NCBI GenBank assembly: GCA_963677835.2
Contig: CAXXUX010000001.1
Location: 467,832-499,831, forward strand
Length of the DNA stretch: 32,000 bases
Origin: an uncultured Saccharofermentans sp.
GTDB lineage: Bacteria; Bacillota; Clostridia; Saccharofermentanales; UBA5734
Direction: 5' to 3'
A program made the position numbers and the translations under genes. Positions 24,891 to 32,000 of the stretch are shown one piece after another. Positions within the stretch are counted from its first letter, which is position 1. Each line of letters opens with the position of its first letter. The notes under the pieces were generated by a model. That model saw only the letters and a list, made by a program, of their open reading frames with translations, had not been told where the DNA came from and did no database searches.

Positions 24891-24917
24891 AAAAGGGCGG
24901 TTACTGCTAACCGCCCC
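24891..24917 (-). terminator. Intrinsic terminator after paralog B
   Basis: On the - strand, GGGCGGUUA-GCAG-UAACCGCCC is followed by UUUUAAUGAUU. Confidence 0.75.
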
Positions 24918-24947
24918 GGTGAATGTAAACTGGATTAGAAATTCAAA

Positions 24948-25745
24948 TTATTGGTGGTTTTTCTTTTGGCTACGGTGCAATAGGATTGTCAGGCTGCCAG
25001 CCAAACCGAGCAAGATCAATCCGATAAGCAAACCGTCGTTGCCACTCTCGCCAGTTTGCGGGATTTCTTCGTCAAGGATGGTAGTCGTCGCTGTTGTTTG
25101 GGTTTGAGTCTCATCTTCTGGCTCGGTAGTCGTTGTTGTCGCTTCTGTGGTGGTTGTCTCAGTTACTGTCTCATCTTCGGGTCCGGTCGTGGTGGTCGTT
25201 GCTTCTGTCGTGGTTGTTTCTTCAGGAGCCGGTTCAAAAACCAGGTCGATATGGCTGATGTCGGCTATATTCTGATCATTGACACCAACCCGCGGGGAAA
25301 TCAGATGTCCGTCATAATCGAAGGTTTCATTATAAGTATAGACAAAGAAATTTTCGCCGCCTTTGACCATGAAATAATGGACCGCGATATTATCTGTTTC
25401 CCAACGGTAAACATAGGTTTTGCCGTCCCCTTCATGATAGGCCAGCCAGACACGAAAGACTTTCGTATTGTCCTCGGGGTCGGGGTAGAATGTGAACAAA
25501 ACCGGCTCGGTCTCCCCATTCAGATGGAATCCGCCGCTGCCATAATCCTGTTTGAAGACGATCAAGCCATCAACAGTACCGGGTGTATTCCCTTCAACAA
25601 ATTCCGGCAAAATCCCCCGGTCGCTTCGGGCAAACTCCAAATCGTAACCCGGATCGACTGCGGTCCAGCCGGTTACAAGATTGACCAAGGTAAATACGAT
25701 CGCTACGGCGATTATCAATACAAGAAACTTTTTCGTTCTTCCCAT
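24948..25745 (-). CDS. Sortase-anchored surface protein, paralog B
   Basis: GGAGGC RBS. Signal/TM MGRTKKFLVLIIAVAIVFTLVNLVTGW. Same conserved domain as paralog A (DPGY.LE.ARS, LPE.V, VY.YRW, YFM.KGG.N..VYTY, DGHL.SP). Thr/Glu-rich stalk. IPQTGESG, then a TM helix and an HRSQKKNHQ tail. Confidence 0.85.
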   Translation of the reverse strand: MGRTKKFLVLIIAVAIVFTLVNLVTGWTAVDPGYDLEFARSDRGILPEFVEGNTPGTVDGLIVFKQDYGSGGFHLNGETEPVLFTFYPDPEDNTKVFRVWLAYHEGDGKTYVYRWETDNIAVHYFMVKGGENFFVYTYNETFDYDGHLISPRVGVNDQNIADISHIDLVFEPAPEETTTTEATTTTTGPEDETVTETTTTEATTTTTEPEDETQTQTTATTTILDEEIPQTGESGNDGLLIGLILLGLAGSLTILLHRSQKKNHQ

Positions 25746-25800
25746 AAAAATGCCTCCTTACTAACAAGTTAAACACTTCAAATCAAGGTTTGACTTGCTA

Positions 25801-25860
25801 TTCTGGAGGCAAGCGACTCTATTTTCAGCCTCGCTTTTAGTCGGATAAACGGGGTTAACC
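25801..25860 (-). promoter_or_regulatory. Conserved leader RNA motif, copy 3 (5' UTR of paralog B)
   Basis: - strand: GGUUAACCCCGUUUAUCCGACUAAAAGCGAGGCUGAAAAUAGAGUCGCUUGCCUCCAGAA. UGCCUCC is complementary to the SD region GGAGGCA (25751-25757). Confidence 0.6.
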
Positions 25861-26202
25861 GGATGATGAGCCTAAAAATCTCCCAGAACTTTTTGTATCA
25901 AACAGCCGCGCAATTTCTAACATCTCAGTTCTGTTCTCCCTTTCTGCTGCATAGATGACTGGCTTCATATGAATGTTAACCGATCATCTTGTTTATGCCT
26001 TTATTATATTCCCTTTTTCATGAATAAAAAAAACGCATTGGTTACGAAAACAGGCATTCACGCAACAAATAGTCTGTTTTTTCCGTTTTAAACATCTGAT
26101 TCGCCAATAAAAACAAGCTGAAAGACTTTTCCCCTTACTGGATATGTCCTGAAAATGCCCCACCCTGTACCTCAGGCAAACTGGCCAAAAGGGAAAATAT
26201 CG

Positions 26203-26231
26203 TTGACAGCCACGGGCTTACTGATTATAAT
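26203..26231 (+). promoter_or_regulatory. Consensus sigma-A promoter of tRNA-Lys
   Basis: TTGACA (26203-26208), 17-nt spacer, TATAAT (26226-26231). Confidence 0.75.
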
Positions 26232-26254
26232 AGCACTGTTCGCAAGAACGTCAT

Positions 26255-26330
26255 GCGCCTTTAGCTCAGTTGGTAGAGCAACTGACTCTTAATCAGTGGG
26301 CCCCGGGTTCGAGTCCCTGAAGGCGCACCA
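26255..26330 (+). tRNA. tRNA-Lys (anticodon CUU), CCA encoded
   Basis: Acceptor stem GCGCCUU / AAGGCGC. D-arm AGCUCAGUUGGUAGAGC. Anticodon loop CUCUUAA. T-arm GGGUUCGAGUCCC. Discriminator A then CCA. Confidence 0.95.
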
Positions 26331-26338
26331 CAAAAGAA

Positions 26339-26373
26339 ACCCTACAGCCAGAATGAAGGCTGCAGGGTTTTTT
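26339..26373. terminator. Bidirectional intrinsic terminator (serves tRNA-Lys on + and the ydj-like operon on -)
   Basis: ACCCUACAGCC / GGCUGCAGGGU stem with one mismatch and an 8-nt loop. UUUUU follows on the + strand and UUUCUUUUG on the - strand. Confidence 0.75.
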
Positions 26374-26409
26374 GCTGTAAAATCGCAATGCGTTTATACG
26401 GGCTTTTTC

Positions 26410-26814
26410 TTAGGAAAATAAAAATTCGGTAGAATAATCTTCCCGGGTATTAACATAAAAAGTAAACGAATAGGCGCCAAGATCATCAACCGTTAAGTCC
26501 TCAATATTCATCGCAACTAGCAGGTCGTCAGCATCATTAAAGCAGACGCCAGCGGGGATCTGAATTTTGGGGTCAATTTCTTTTGTATCGAGTTTGACCA
26601 CACCGTTGGCATTTTTGACTACAAGACGGAATGTTCTGAAGGTAAAGGACTCCGTCTTCTGAATGACAATCAGGGCAGCTAAGGAAAATAAAGCGGGCAC
26701 ACACGGCACTTGGCCGCGTGAGAGAATATGAAGGGCATTTTGTTTGATTTCATGATCACTGATTTGATCTGTGGTGATTTTTTCGCAGAATATTACATGA
26801 GCAATGTGTCCCAT
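26410..26814 (-). CDS. Small beta-rich hypothetical protein (134 aa), last gene of the SPFH/TPM operon
   Basis: GGAGG 8 nt upstream of the ATG. No TM or signal peptide. Alternating beta-strand-like pattern; possibly a DUF6941-like fold, recalled from memory and unverified. Confidence 0.55.
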   Translation of the reverse strand: MGHIAHVIFCEKITTDQISDHEIKQNALHILSRGQVPCVPALFSLAALIVIQKTESFTFRTFRLVVKNANGVVKLDTKEIDPKIQIPAGVCFNDADDLLVAMNIEDLTVDDLGAYSFTFYVNTREDYSTEFLFS

Positions 26815-26867
26815 TAGAACGCCTCCAAATATGTTTTAATGACATTATGATAACATGGCTGTCAATC

Positions 26868-27713
26868 TTAAAATTTCCGGCCGCCGCCGCCGTGGGTCCG
26901 GCCGCTGCTTGACGTGTGGGTGGAACTGCCGCCCATGCCGCCTGGGCCGTTGGCGCGAGGGATTGCCCGCGATGTCACAAAGGTGTTGGTCAGATTGTCG
27001 GTGACGATGCCTAAATTGACGAAGCTGTTTTTTTGATATTCAAAAATTGCGCGGCCGGGTTTCCCCTTGTACTGGCTTTTGGTGCCGGCAAAAAAGCCGC
27101 CGCCCAGAAGGCCTGAAGCGGCCATGCCCAGGATGATGTCTAAAGCCGACAGGGTATTGGGCGGCGTCACCGGGATTCCTGCAGCCAGAAAAGCCGCAGT
27201 GGAAGAAAGAAATGTCCTGGCGGCGCCAAAACTGTCTTCCCGCACCGATCCTGCATTCATGACATCATCGAGGATGCTGTCGATCCGGGCATCGGTCAGA
27301 TATTTGATCCCGCTGCCGGATGTCGAAATATAAATTTCCCCGTTGTCAAAATCAATCAGGAACAATAGGCCGTCCCGATCGGAGCCAACGCCATAGCCGT
27401 TGTAGTCAAAATAATCATCGGCATATTCCATGGGCTTTTTGCCTTCGGCATTTTCGGTGGTCACGATGACCAGATCCATTGCATATTGGGTACCCAGCTG
27501 TAGCGCCGATTGTTCGAGCTGCTCTTCCTGCGTTTCAGTAAAAACGCCGGCCAAATCAACCACCAGGCCTTTTGCGGCATGTACTTTGCCGGGACAAGCC
27601 AAAACCAGTGTCATGGCAAGAAACAGGACAAGGAGCAGGATCGAAACGGGGGTGATGCGCTTTGAAAAGGTCAATGGTCTGCAGCTTGATGATCCGGGCT
27701 GTTTTTTCACCAT
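26868..27713 (-). CDS. TPM-domain protein (YdjH-like) with a Gly-rich C-terminal tail
   Basis: N-terminal signal/TM with a possible lipobox, LVLAC. TPM pattern VVDLAGVFTETQEEQLE...DLVIVT...DGLLFLIDFDNGEIYISTSG. C-terminal TM and a GGMGGSS...GGGGRKF tail. Overlaps the upstream gene by 7 nt. Confidence 0.8.
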   Translation of the reverse strand: MVKKQPGSSSCRPLTFSKRITPVSILLLVLFLAMTLVLACPGKVHAAKGLVVDLAGVFTETQEEQLEQSALQLGTQYAMDLVIVTTENAEGKKPMEYADDYFDYNGYGVGSDRDGLLFLIDFDNGEIYISTSGSGIKYLTDARIDSILDDVMNAGSVREDSFGAARTFLSSTAAFLAAGIPVTPPNTLSALDIILGMAASGLLGGGFFAGTKSQYKGKPGRAIFEYQKNSFVNLGIVTDNLTNTFVTSRAIPRANGPGGMGGSSTHTSSSGRTHGGGGRKF

Positions 27714-28789
27714 ATCAAAAGCCCTCCGATGATCGCCAGGGCAAACAAGCCGGCAGCCAGAAGACCGGAAGTCAGTCCGAGTTTTCTGCGGTCCACCGGC
27801 AATTCGCCAAAAGCCTTGCCGTTTTGGCCATTGACGGCATAGATATAGGTTTTCCCTTGATAAAGGTAGGTCAAAATCCAGGCCGGCAAGAGCGCATAAT
27901 TCCAGCCCTTGACCGAAATGTCCAGATCGGAACGGTCCAGTTTGACCTGCCCGTACTGCCCCAAGGTTTGCTGCATCATGTTGGTGGTATAGGTTCTGGC
28001 CTCGCGTTCGATTTGCGGCTGGACTTCTTCTTTGGCAATGTCGTATTTTTCGGCAAAAAAGCCGCTTAAATAGGACATGGAAAATTCCACTGCCTGGGTT
28101 TCATCGTAAGGCGATATGGAATCGATCAGCCCTTTGTCGATTTTATGCATGGCGACCTCATGCACATTGTTGACGTCGATCGTCCCCTGCCGCTCGATCG
28201 AAAATTCGGTATGCTCCGTATATTCCGTGTCGCCGACCCGCCAGACCCGCTGGTTGATCCCTTTGCCGGAATAATTGATATCGGCCTTGACATCAGCCAT
28301 CCAATACGGAATATACAGGCCGGTTATTTTTTCCAGCTGCGAGGCGCTGTAAAATTCCCTGGGCACAAATTTTCTTTTCTGTGACCAGGCTAAAAAGCTT
28401 TTGATCGCCTTATCCTTGTCATAGACAAAGGGAATGATCCGGGTGGGCTTGAATTCGCCGGTCAGCCGGTCGGTCAATAATACAGGATTGTGGCAATAGT
28501 AGCAGAAGGTCGCGGAAGTTGTTTCTTCAGTCACGACCTCGGCACCGCAGCTGTCGCAAATATAGCCTTTCAGGTGCGCTTCGCCAAAGCCATCTGCCGG
28601 TGGCTTTTGGTCTTCATGCGCTTGCGCGGTCTGATCGGCATCTTTTTCCGCCAGACTCTGATTGATCGCGGCCAGCTCTTCATCCGAAAACTCGCTCAGG
28701 CAGTATTCGCATTTTGATTTTTGAATATCAGGCTTGAATTGCAGCGGTCCGCCGCAATTTGGGCATTTATAAGTCACTGTCGCCATCAT
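27707..28789 (-). CDS. Double zinc-ribbon protein with a C-terminal TM anchor (YdjG-like)
   Basis: CPNCGG...CEYC and CDSCGA...CYYCHNP zinc ribbons, with a C-terminal helix LTSGLLAAGLFALAIIGGLLIW. Confidence 0.75.
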   Translation of the reverse strand: MMATVTYKCPNCGGPLQFKPDIQKSKCEYCLSEFSDEELAAINQSLAEKDADQTAQAHEDQKPPADGFGEAHLKGYICDSCGAEVVTEETTSATFCYYCHNPVLLTDRLTGEFKPTRIIPFVYDKDKAIKSFLAWSQKRKFVPREFYSASQLEKITGLYIPYWMADVKADINYSGKGINQRVWRVGDTEYTEHTEFSIERQGTIDVNNVHEVAMHKIDKGLIDSISPYDETQAVEFSMSYLSGFFAEKYDIAKEEVQPQIEREARTYTTNMMQQTLGQYGQVKLDRSDLDISVKGWNYALLPAWILTYLYQGKTYIYAVNGQNGKAFGELPVDRRKLGLTSGLLAAGLFALAIIGGLLIW

Positions 28790-28870
28790 TTTTCTCGCTT
28801 TATTCTATTGGCAAAACCCGGCCTTTTCGATGGGTCAGGTTTGGCTGGATGCAACAAATCCATAAAAAGC

Positions 28871-30112
28871 TCATTTGTTATAGTGGTTTGCCGCATTCGG
28901 GGCAAATTTCGCCGTAATGCCGTTGAGTGAATAACCGCAATGGGGGCATTGTGCAGCCTGCGGCTTTTTAGTTCCGCAATTCGAACAGAATTTGCCCGTG
29001 TTGACTGTTCCGCAAGCGCAGGTCCATTGATCGGCAGCAGCGCCTGCCAAAGCTTGCTGAGCGGATGCAGCCGGTTGGGCTTGCTGCTGTTGGCCAGCTT
29101 GCTGCTGTTGCTGCTGCATTTGCTGCAGATTGGTCTGCGACGCGGTTCCCATGAAACCGCCTCCGGCCTGCATGCCAATGCCCATGCCCATGAAAGTCGC
29201 AGCGCTTCCGGCTTCGTTCGATCCGGCAGCTTCCAATCCTCTGGCAACCGACCCCTGGACGTAGCCTTCCCGGACGCTGGCATCGCCGAGCATGGCGCCT
29301 TTGTTGCGCATATTGATCAATTCCTTGGACTCGTCGTCATAAGAAATGCTGGCTATGCCAACGGCCTGGATTTCGAAGCCGCGCATTTTCTTCCAGGCTT
29401 CGTCGAGGGTGTTGGCCATATACTGGCTGAGTTCCCTGCCTTTGGAGGCGACGTGGGAGATCCGGATGCCATCGACGGACATCTGGTTCATGGTCGACTG
29501 CAGGGCTTCCAGAAATTCCGACAGATACTGGGCATTGATGTCTTCGATATCGACCCGGGCCTGGTCTCTGGGAATGGCTTCGCGGAAAAAGAGCAGCGGG
29601 TCGGTGATTTTGATCGAATAGGTGCCATGGGTCCGCAGGAAGAGTTCGGCGTTGTAGAAATTGTCAAAATAATTCAGGGCATTGGGGGTGCCGAACTTGA
29701 TCCCCTTGATTTCCTGCAGGTTGATAAAGAAGACCTGCTGAGCTTTGGGCGTGACGCCGCCGAATTTGATCCGGTTGAAGGATTCTTTCAAGGTATCGCC
29801 GAATTGGCCGTTGAACAGCGAAGGCAACGACGAGTCATCAACCGTGTAATAGCCTTCTTCGGCGGTGTAGTCAACCACCTTGCCGCCATCGAGGAGCATC
29901 ATGAACTGATTGGGATAGACATGGATGACCGAGCCATTGGATACCGTGTTATCAGTTCCTTTGACATTTGCATTGCGCCGGTCGTCTTTTCTGACCTTGA
30001 CGCCGCTGGTAAAGACAATGGTATCGCTCATATTGTCCGGTTCAAGTACCTCCAGCCACTGGTCGGCCAATGAGCCGCCGATTGCACTGGCTATAGCTTT
30101 AATAATTCCCAT
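28871..30112 (-). CDS. SPFH/band-7-like protein with a C-terminal zinc ribbon (COG4260 / YdjI-like); 3' end frameshifted
   Basis: AAGGAGG RBS. MGIIKAIASAIGGSLADQWLEV...FMMLLDGGKVVDY matches the YdjI / virion-core-like SPFH family. Gln-rich linker. CACG...CSNCG and CPHCG are present; the final CPECGKPL is encoded only in the -1 frame. Confidence 0.8.
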   Translation of the reverse strand: MGIIKAIASAIGGSLADQWLEVLEPDNMSDTIVFTSGVKVRKDDRRNANVKGTDNTVSNGSVIHVYPNQFMMLLDGGKVVDYTAEEGYYTVDDSSLPSLFNGQFGDTLKESFNRIKFGGVTPKAQQVFFINLQEIKGIKFGTPNALNYFDNFYNAELFLRTHGTYSIKITDPLLFFREAIPRDQARVDIEDINAQYLSEFLEALQSTMNQMSVDGIRISHVASKGRELSQYMANTLDEAWKKMRGFEIQAVGIASISYDDESKELINMRNKGAMLGDASVREGYVQGSVARGLEAAGSNEAGSAATFMGMGIGMQAGGGFMGTASQTNLQQMQQQQQQAGQQQQAQPAASAQQALAGAAADQWTCACGTVNTGKFCSNCGTKKPQAAQCPHCGYSLNGITAKFAPNAANHYNK

Positions 30113-30174
30113 ACACTTGCCTCCTTATGTATTGTAAAATTGGTCGGATCCTCGTCGCATGGCTGGACCAAGCC

Positions 30175-31593
30175 CTATTCTGTTGGTTTTCCCGTTTTGC
30201 CAGGTTCTTCGATTTTTCCCAGAATGCTGCGGGCAGCAATGACGCCGCTGGCCCCTGCCTGGGAAAGCCCGCGAGTGATGCCGGCGCCGTCGCCGATGGC
30301 GTACATGCCGGGCAGGACAGTTTCAAGTTCGTCGCTCAGTTCCAGGCGTGAACTGTAGAATTTGACTTCAACGCCATACAGCAGCGTATCATGATTGGCT
30401 GTGCCTGGAGCAATTTTGTCTAGTGTTTCAATCATTTCAATGATATTGTCAAGATGGCGTTTGGGCAGGACCAGGCTCAAATCGCCGGGGGTTGCCTCCA
30501 ACGTCGGCTGGACAAAGCTCTGGCCCATGCGATGGGCGTTGCTTCGGCGCCCGGTGATCAAGTCGCCGAAACGCTGCACCAGGACGCCGCCGCCCAGCAT
30601 GTTGGAAAGAGAGGCAATTCGCTTGCCGTACTGGTAAGGCTCACGGAATGGGGATGTGAACTTGTTGCTGACCAGCAAGGCAAAGTTGGTGTTTTCGCTG
30701 CGCAAAGCCGGGTTATTGAAACTGTGCCCGTTGACCGTGATAATGCCATCGGTATTTTCGGTTACAACATAGCCGTAAGGGTTCATGCAGAAAGTCCGGA
30801 CGATATCCTTATATAGCTTGGTTCGGTAATGGAACTTGGCCTCATAGACGGCATCGGTAATCTCCTGGAAAATGATCGCCGGCAATTCGACCCGTACGCC
30901 GATATCAACCTGGTTATTAATCAAATTGAGGCCAAGCCGATGACATTGGTCGCTGAACCATTCGGCTCCGGCCCGGCCTGGAGCGACAACCAGATAGCGG
31001 CAGGCAAACTCGCCGCCCGAGGTTTCCAGGCGGTAATCCTTTGGGCCAACCGGATTGATTTGATTGACCTGGGTATCGCAAAAAAGATCCAGTCTCGTCC
31101 GCAGGTATTCATACTGGGCTGTAATAATTTCCCGGTTCCGTTCGGTTCCGAGGTGCTTGCAGCGGGCATCCAGAAGATGCAGGTCAAACCCGATGGCCTT
31201 GTGGCGGATCAGGTCGGCAGCCGGGGAAAAAGTTGAATAGAATTGGTCGGTCGCGCCAAATTGCTGGTTGACGCGGTCGACATATTCGATGAGTTCCATG
31301 ATTTTTTGATCGGGCAGGTAGTCATTCAGCCAACCGCCAAACTGGGTCGTGAAATTGAACTTGCCATCGGAAAATGCTCCGGCGCCGCCAAAACCGCGCA
31401 TAATCGCACAGGATTTGCAGTTGATGCAGCTTTGGACTTTCTTTTCAACGATCGGGCAGCTGCGCCGCCAGATCTCGGGGCCTTGTTCCAGCAAGGCGAC
31501 TTTCAGGCCCGGGTTAAGGGTAACCAGTTCATATCCGGCAAATATGCCTGCAAGCCCGCCTCCGACGATAATGACATCATAGCGCTTTGCCAT
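30175..31593 (-). CDS. FAD-dependent oxidoreductase (COG2509-like)
   Basis: Dinucleotide-binding motif YDVIIVGGGLAGIFAG at the N-terminus, C-terminal GDGAG motif, 472 aa. Confidence 0.8.
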   Translation of the reverse strand: MAKRYDVIIVGGGLAGIFAGYELVTLNPGLKVALLEQGPEIWRRSCPIVEKKVQSCINCKSCAIMRGFGGAGAFSDGKFNFTTQFGGWLNDYLPDQKIMELIEYVDRVNQQFGATDQFYSTFSPAADLIRHKAIGFDLHLLDARCKHLGTERNREIITAQYEYLRTRLDLFCDTQVNQINPVGPKDYRLETSGGEFACRYLVVAPGRAGAEWFSDQCHRLGLNLINNQVDIGVRVELPAIIFQEITDAVYEAKFHYRTKLYKDIVRTFCMNPYGYVVTENTDGIITVNGHSFNNPALRSENTNFALLVSNKFTSPFREPYQYGKRIASLSNMLGGGVLVQRFGDLITGRRSNAHRMGQSFVQPTLEATPGDLSLVLPKRHLDNIIEMIETLDKIAPGTANHDTLLYGVEVKFYSSRLELSDELETVLPGMYAIGDGAGITRGLSQAGASGVIAARSILGKIEEPGKTGKPTE

Positions 31594-31619
31594 AAAATCA
31601 ACCCCTTGGCCCGATGCAA

Positions 31620-32000
31620 TCAGAAAAGAGGCGGCGGCGCTGGTGCAGCCGGCTCAGCGGGCGCAACCGGCGCTGCTGGCACTGCTGGATTGATCGAGGG
31701 TTGTTCAACTTTGACATAACCAAATTCCTCCATCGTGCAAAAGCCGCTATTGACGCCAAGCGTGCGCAAGGCAGCAAATAGTTCGGCCTGGACAGCCAGA
31801 TAATAAGGCATGACAAACAAGATCCCGATCCCGAAAGTGATTGAGCCAAGCAAAAACCAGCCAATAAAGGACAGGTCCAAAATGAACATGCTCCATTTGT
31901 GGCCCCGGGTCAATTCCCTGGAAAGCTGCAGAGAACGGCGAAAGCCAATCTGCGGGTTGTCCGCCAGGATCCATGGGGTCATCCGGTAACTATAGGTCTT
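31620..32000 (-). CDS. DUF975-family integral membrane protein; C-terminal part, partial at the window end
   Basis: The frame is open to base 32000. ILADNP...SRELTRGHKWSMFILDLSFIGWFLLGSITFGIGILFVMPY matches the DUF975 pattern. Pro/Ala-rich tail. Confidence 0.65.
   Translation of the reverse strand, partial: KTYSYRMTPWILADNPQIGFRRSLQLSRELTRGHKWSMFILDLSFIGWFLLGSITFGIGILFVMPYYLAVQAELFAALRTLGVNSGFCTMEEFGYVKVEQPSINPAVPAAPVAPAEPAAPAPPPLF

Noticed and set aside
23391-25860. Read on the + strand, the conserved motif (..ACGGGGUUAACC) superficially resembles the 3' end of the Vibrio Vc2 GEMM-I aptamer (GCGGGGUUACC).
   Set aside because: There are no + strand genes downstream of any copy. The rest of the GEMM-I consensus (GGCAAAC, ACGCAAAGC) is absent. 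All three copies sit in the 5' leaders of - strand transcription units.
25855-25968. 37-aa upstream ORF on the - strand whose stop codon falls inside the GGUUAACC of leader-motif copy 3, considered as a leader peptide. An 18-aa ORF ends just before copy 2.
   Set aside because: The two peptides share no sequence. Their stops fall in different registers relative to the motif. Copy 1 has no equivalent ORF, and neither ORF has a convincing RBS.
28895-28915. Programmed -1 ribosomal frameshifting at the AAATTT run as the explanation for the out-of-frame CPECGKPL ending.
   Set aside because: In the zero frame the codons are GCG AAA UUU GCC, which does not form an X XXY YYZ slippery heptamer. No downstream stimulatory structure is evident before the stop. 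A simple homopolymer indel is more parsimonious.

Overview
Chromosomal segment from a Gram-positive, probably Clostridia-like bacterium. That assignment is an inference from sortase-type sorting signals, a Gram-positive type IV pilus gene set and strong GGAGG ribosome-binding sites. I saw no transposase, integrase, CRISPR array or rRNA. Contents, left to right: (1) the truncated 5' end of a phasin-like gene. (2) A structured leader with hallmarks of a GEMM-I (c-di-GMP-I) riboswitch plus an intrinsic terminator, in front of a 1470-aa sortase-anchored adhesin. The adhesin is built from DUF11-type repeats and nine Cna-B/SpaA-like modules, four of which are near-identical 294-bp copies. (3) A small membrane-anchored lipocalin-like protein. 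(4) A two-gene module of unknown function: an 874-aa three-TM protein whose long cytoplasmic tail has a strict 11-residue (hendecad) hydrophobic periodicity, followed by a 415-aa soluble partner. (5) A type IV pilus locus. On the + strand: a major pilin with its own promoter and terminator, a second pilin, a PilX-like protein and two minor pilins. Convergent on the - strand: pilB-pilT-pilC-pilM-pilN-pilO. PilB carries a textbook tandem MshEN c-di-GMP-binding motif, and no prepilin peptidase is in the window. (6) fucU plus a fused double class II aldolase whose second domain has lost the zinc ligands. (7) Two paralogous sortase-anchored surface proteins sharing an unrecognised domain. Each is preceded by a conserved ~58-nt leader RNA motif containing an anti-Shine-Dalgarno segment. 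A third, orphan copy of the motif has its own promoter and terminator. (8) tRNA-Lys(CUU) with a consensus promoter. (9) A ydjI/ydjG/ydjH-like module (SPFH, zinc-ribbon and TPM proteins) plus a small beta-rich ORF. The SPFH gene shows a 1-nt homopolymer frameshift that destroys its last CxxC. (10) An FAD-dependent oxidoreductase and a partial DUF975 membrane protein. The best candidates for undescribed biology are the three-copy leader RNA motif with its surface-protein paralogs, and the coiled-coil membrane protein with its partner next to the pilus locus. All family assignments rest on reading motifs by eye; no searches were run.
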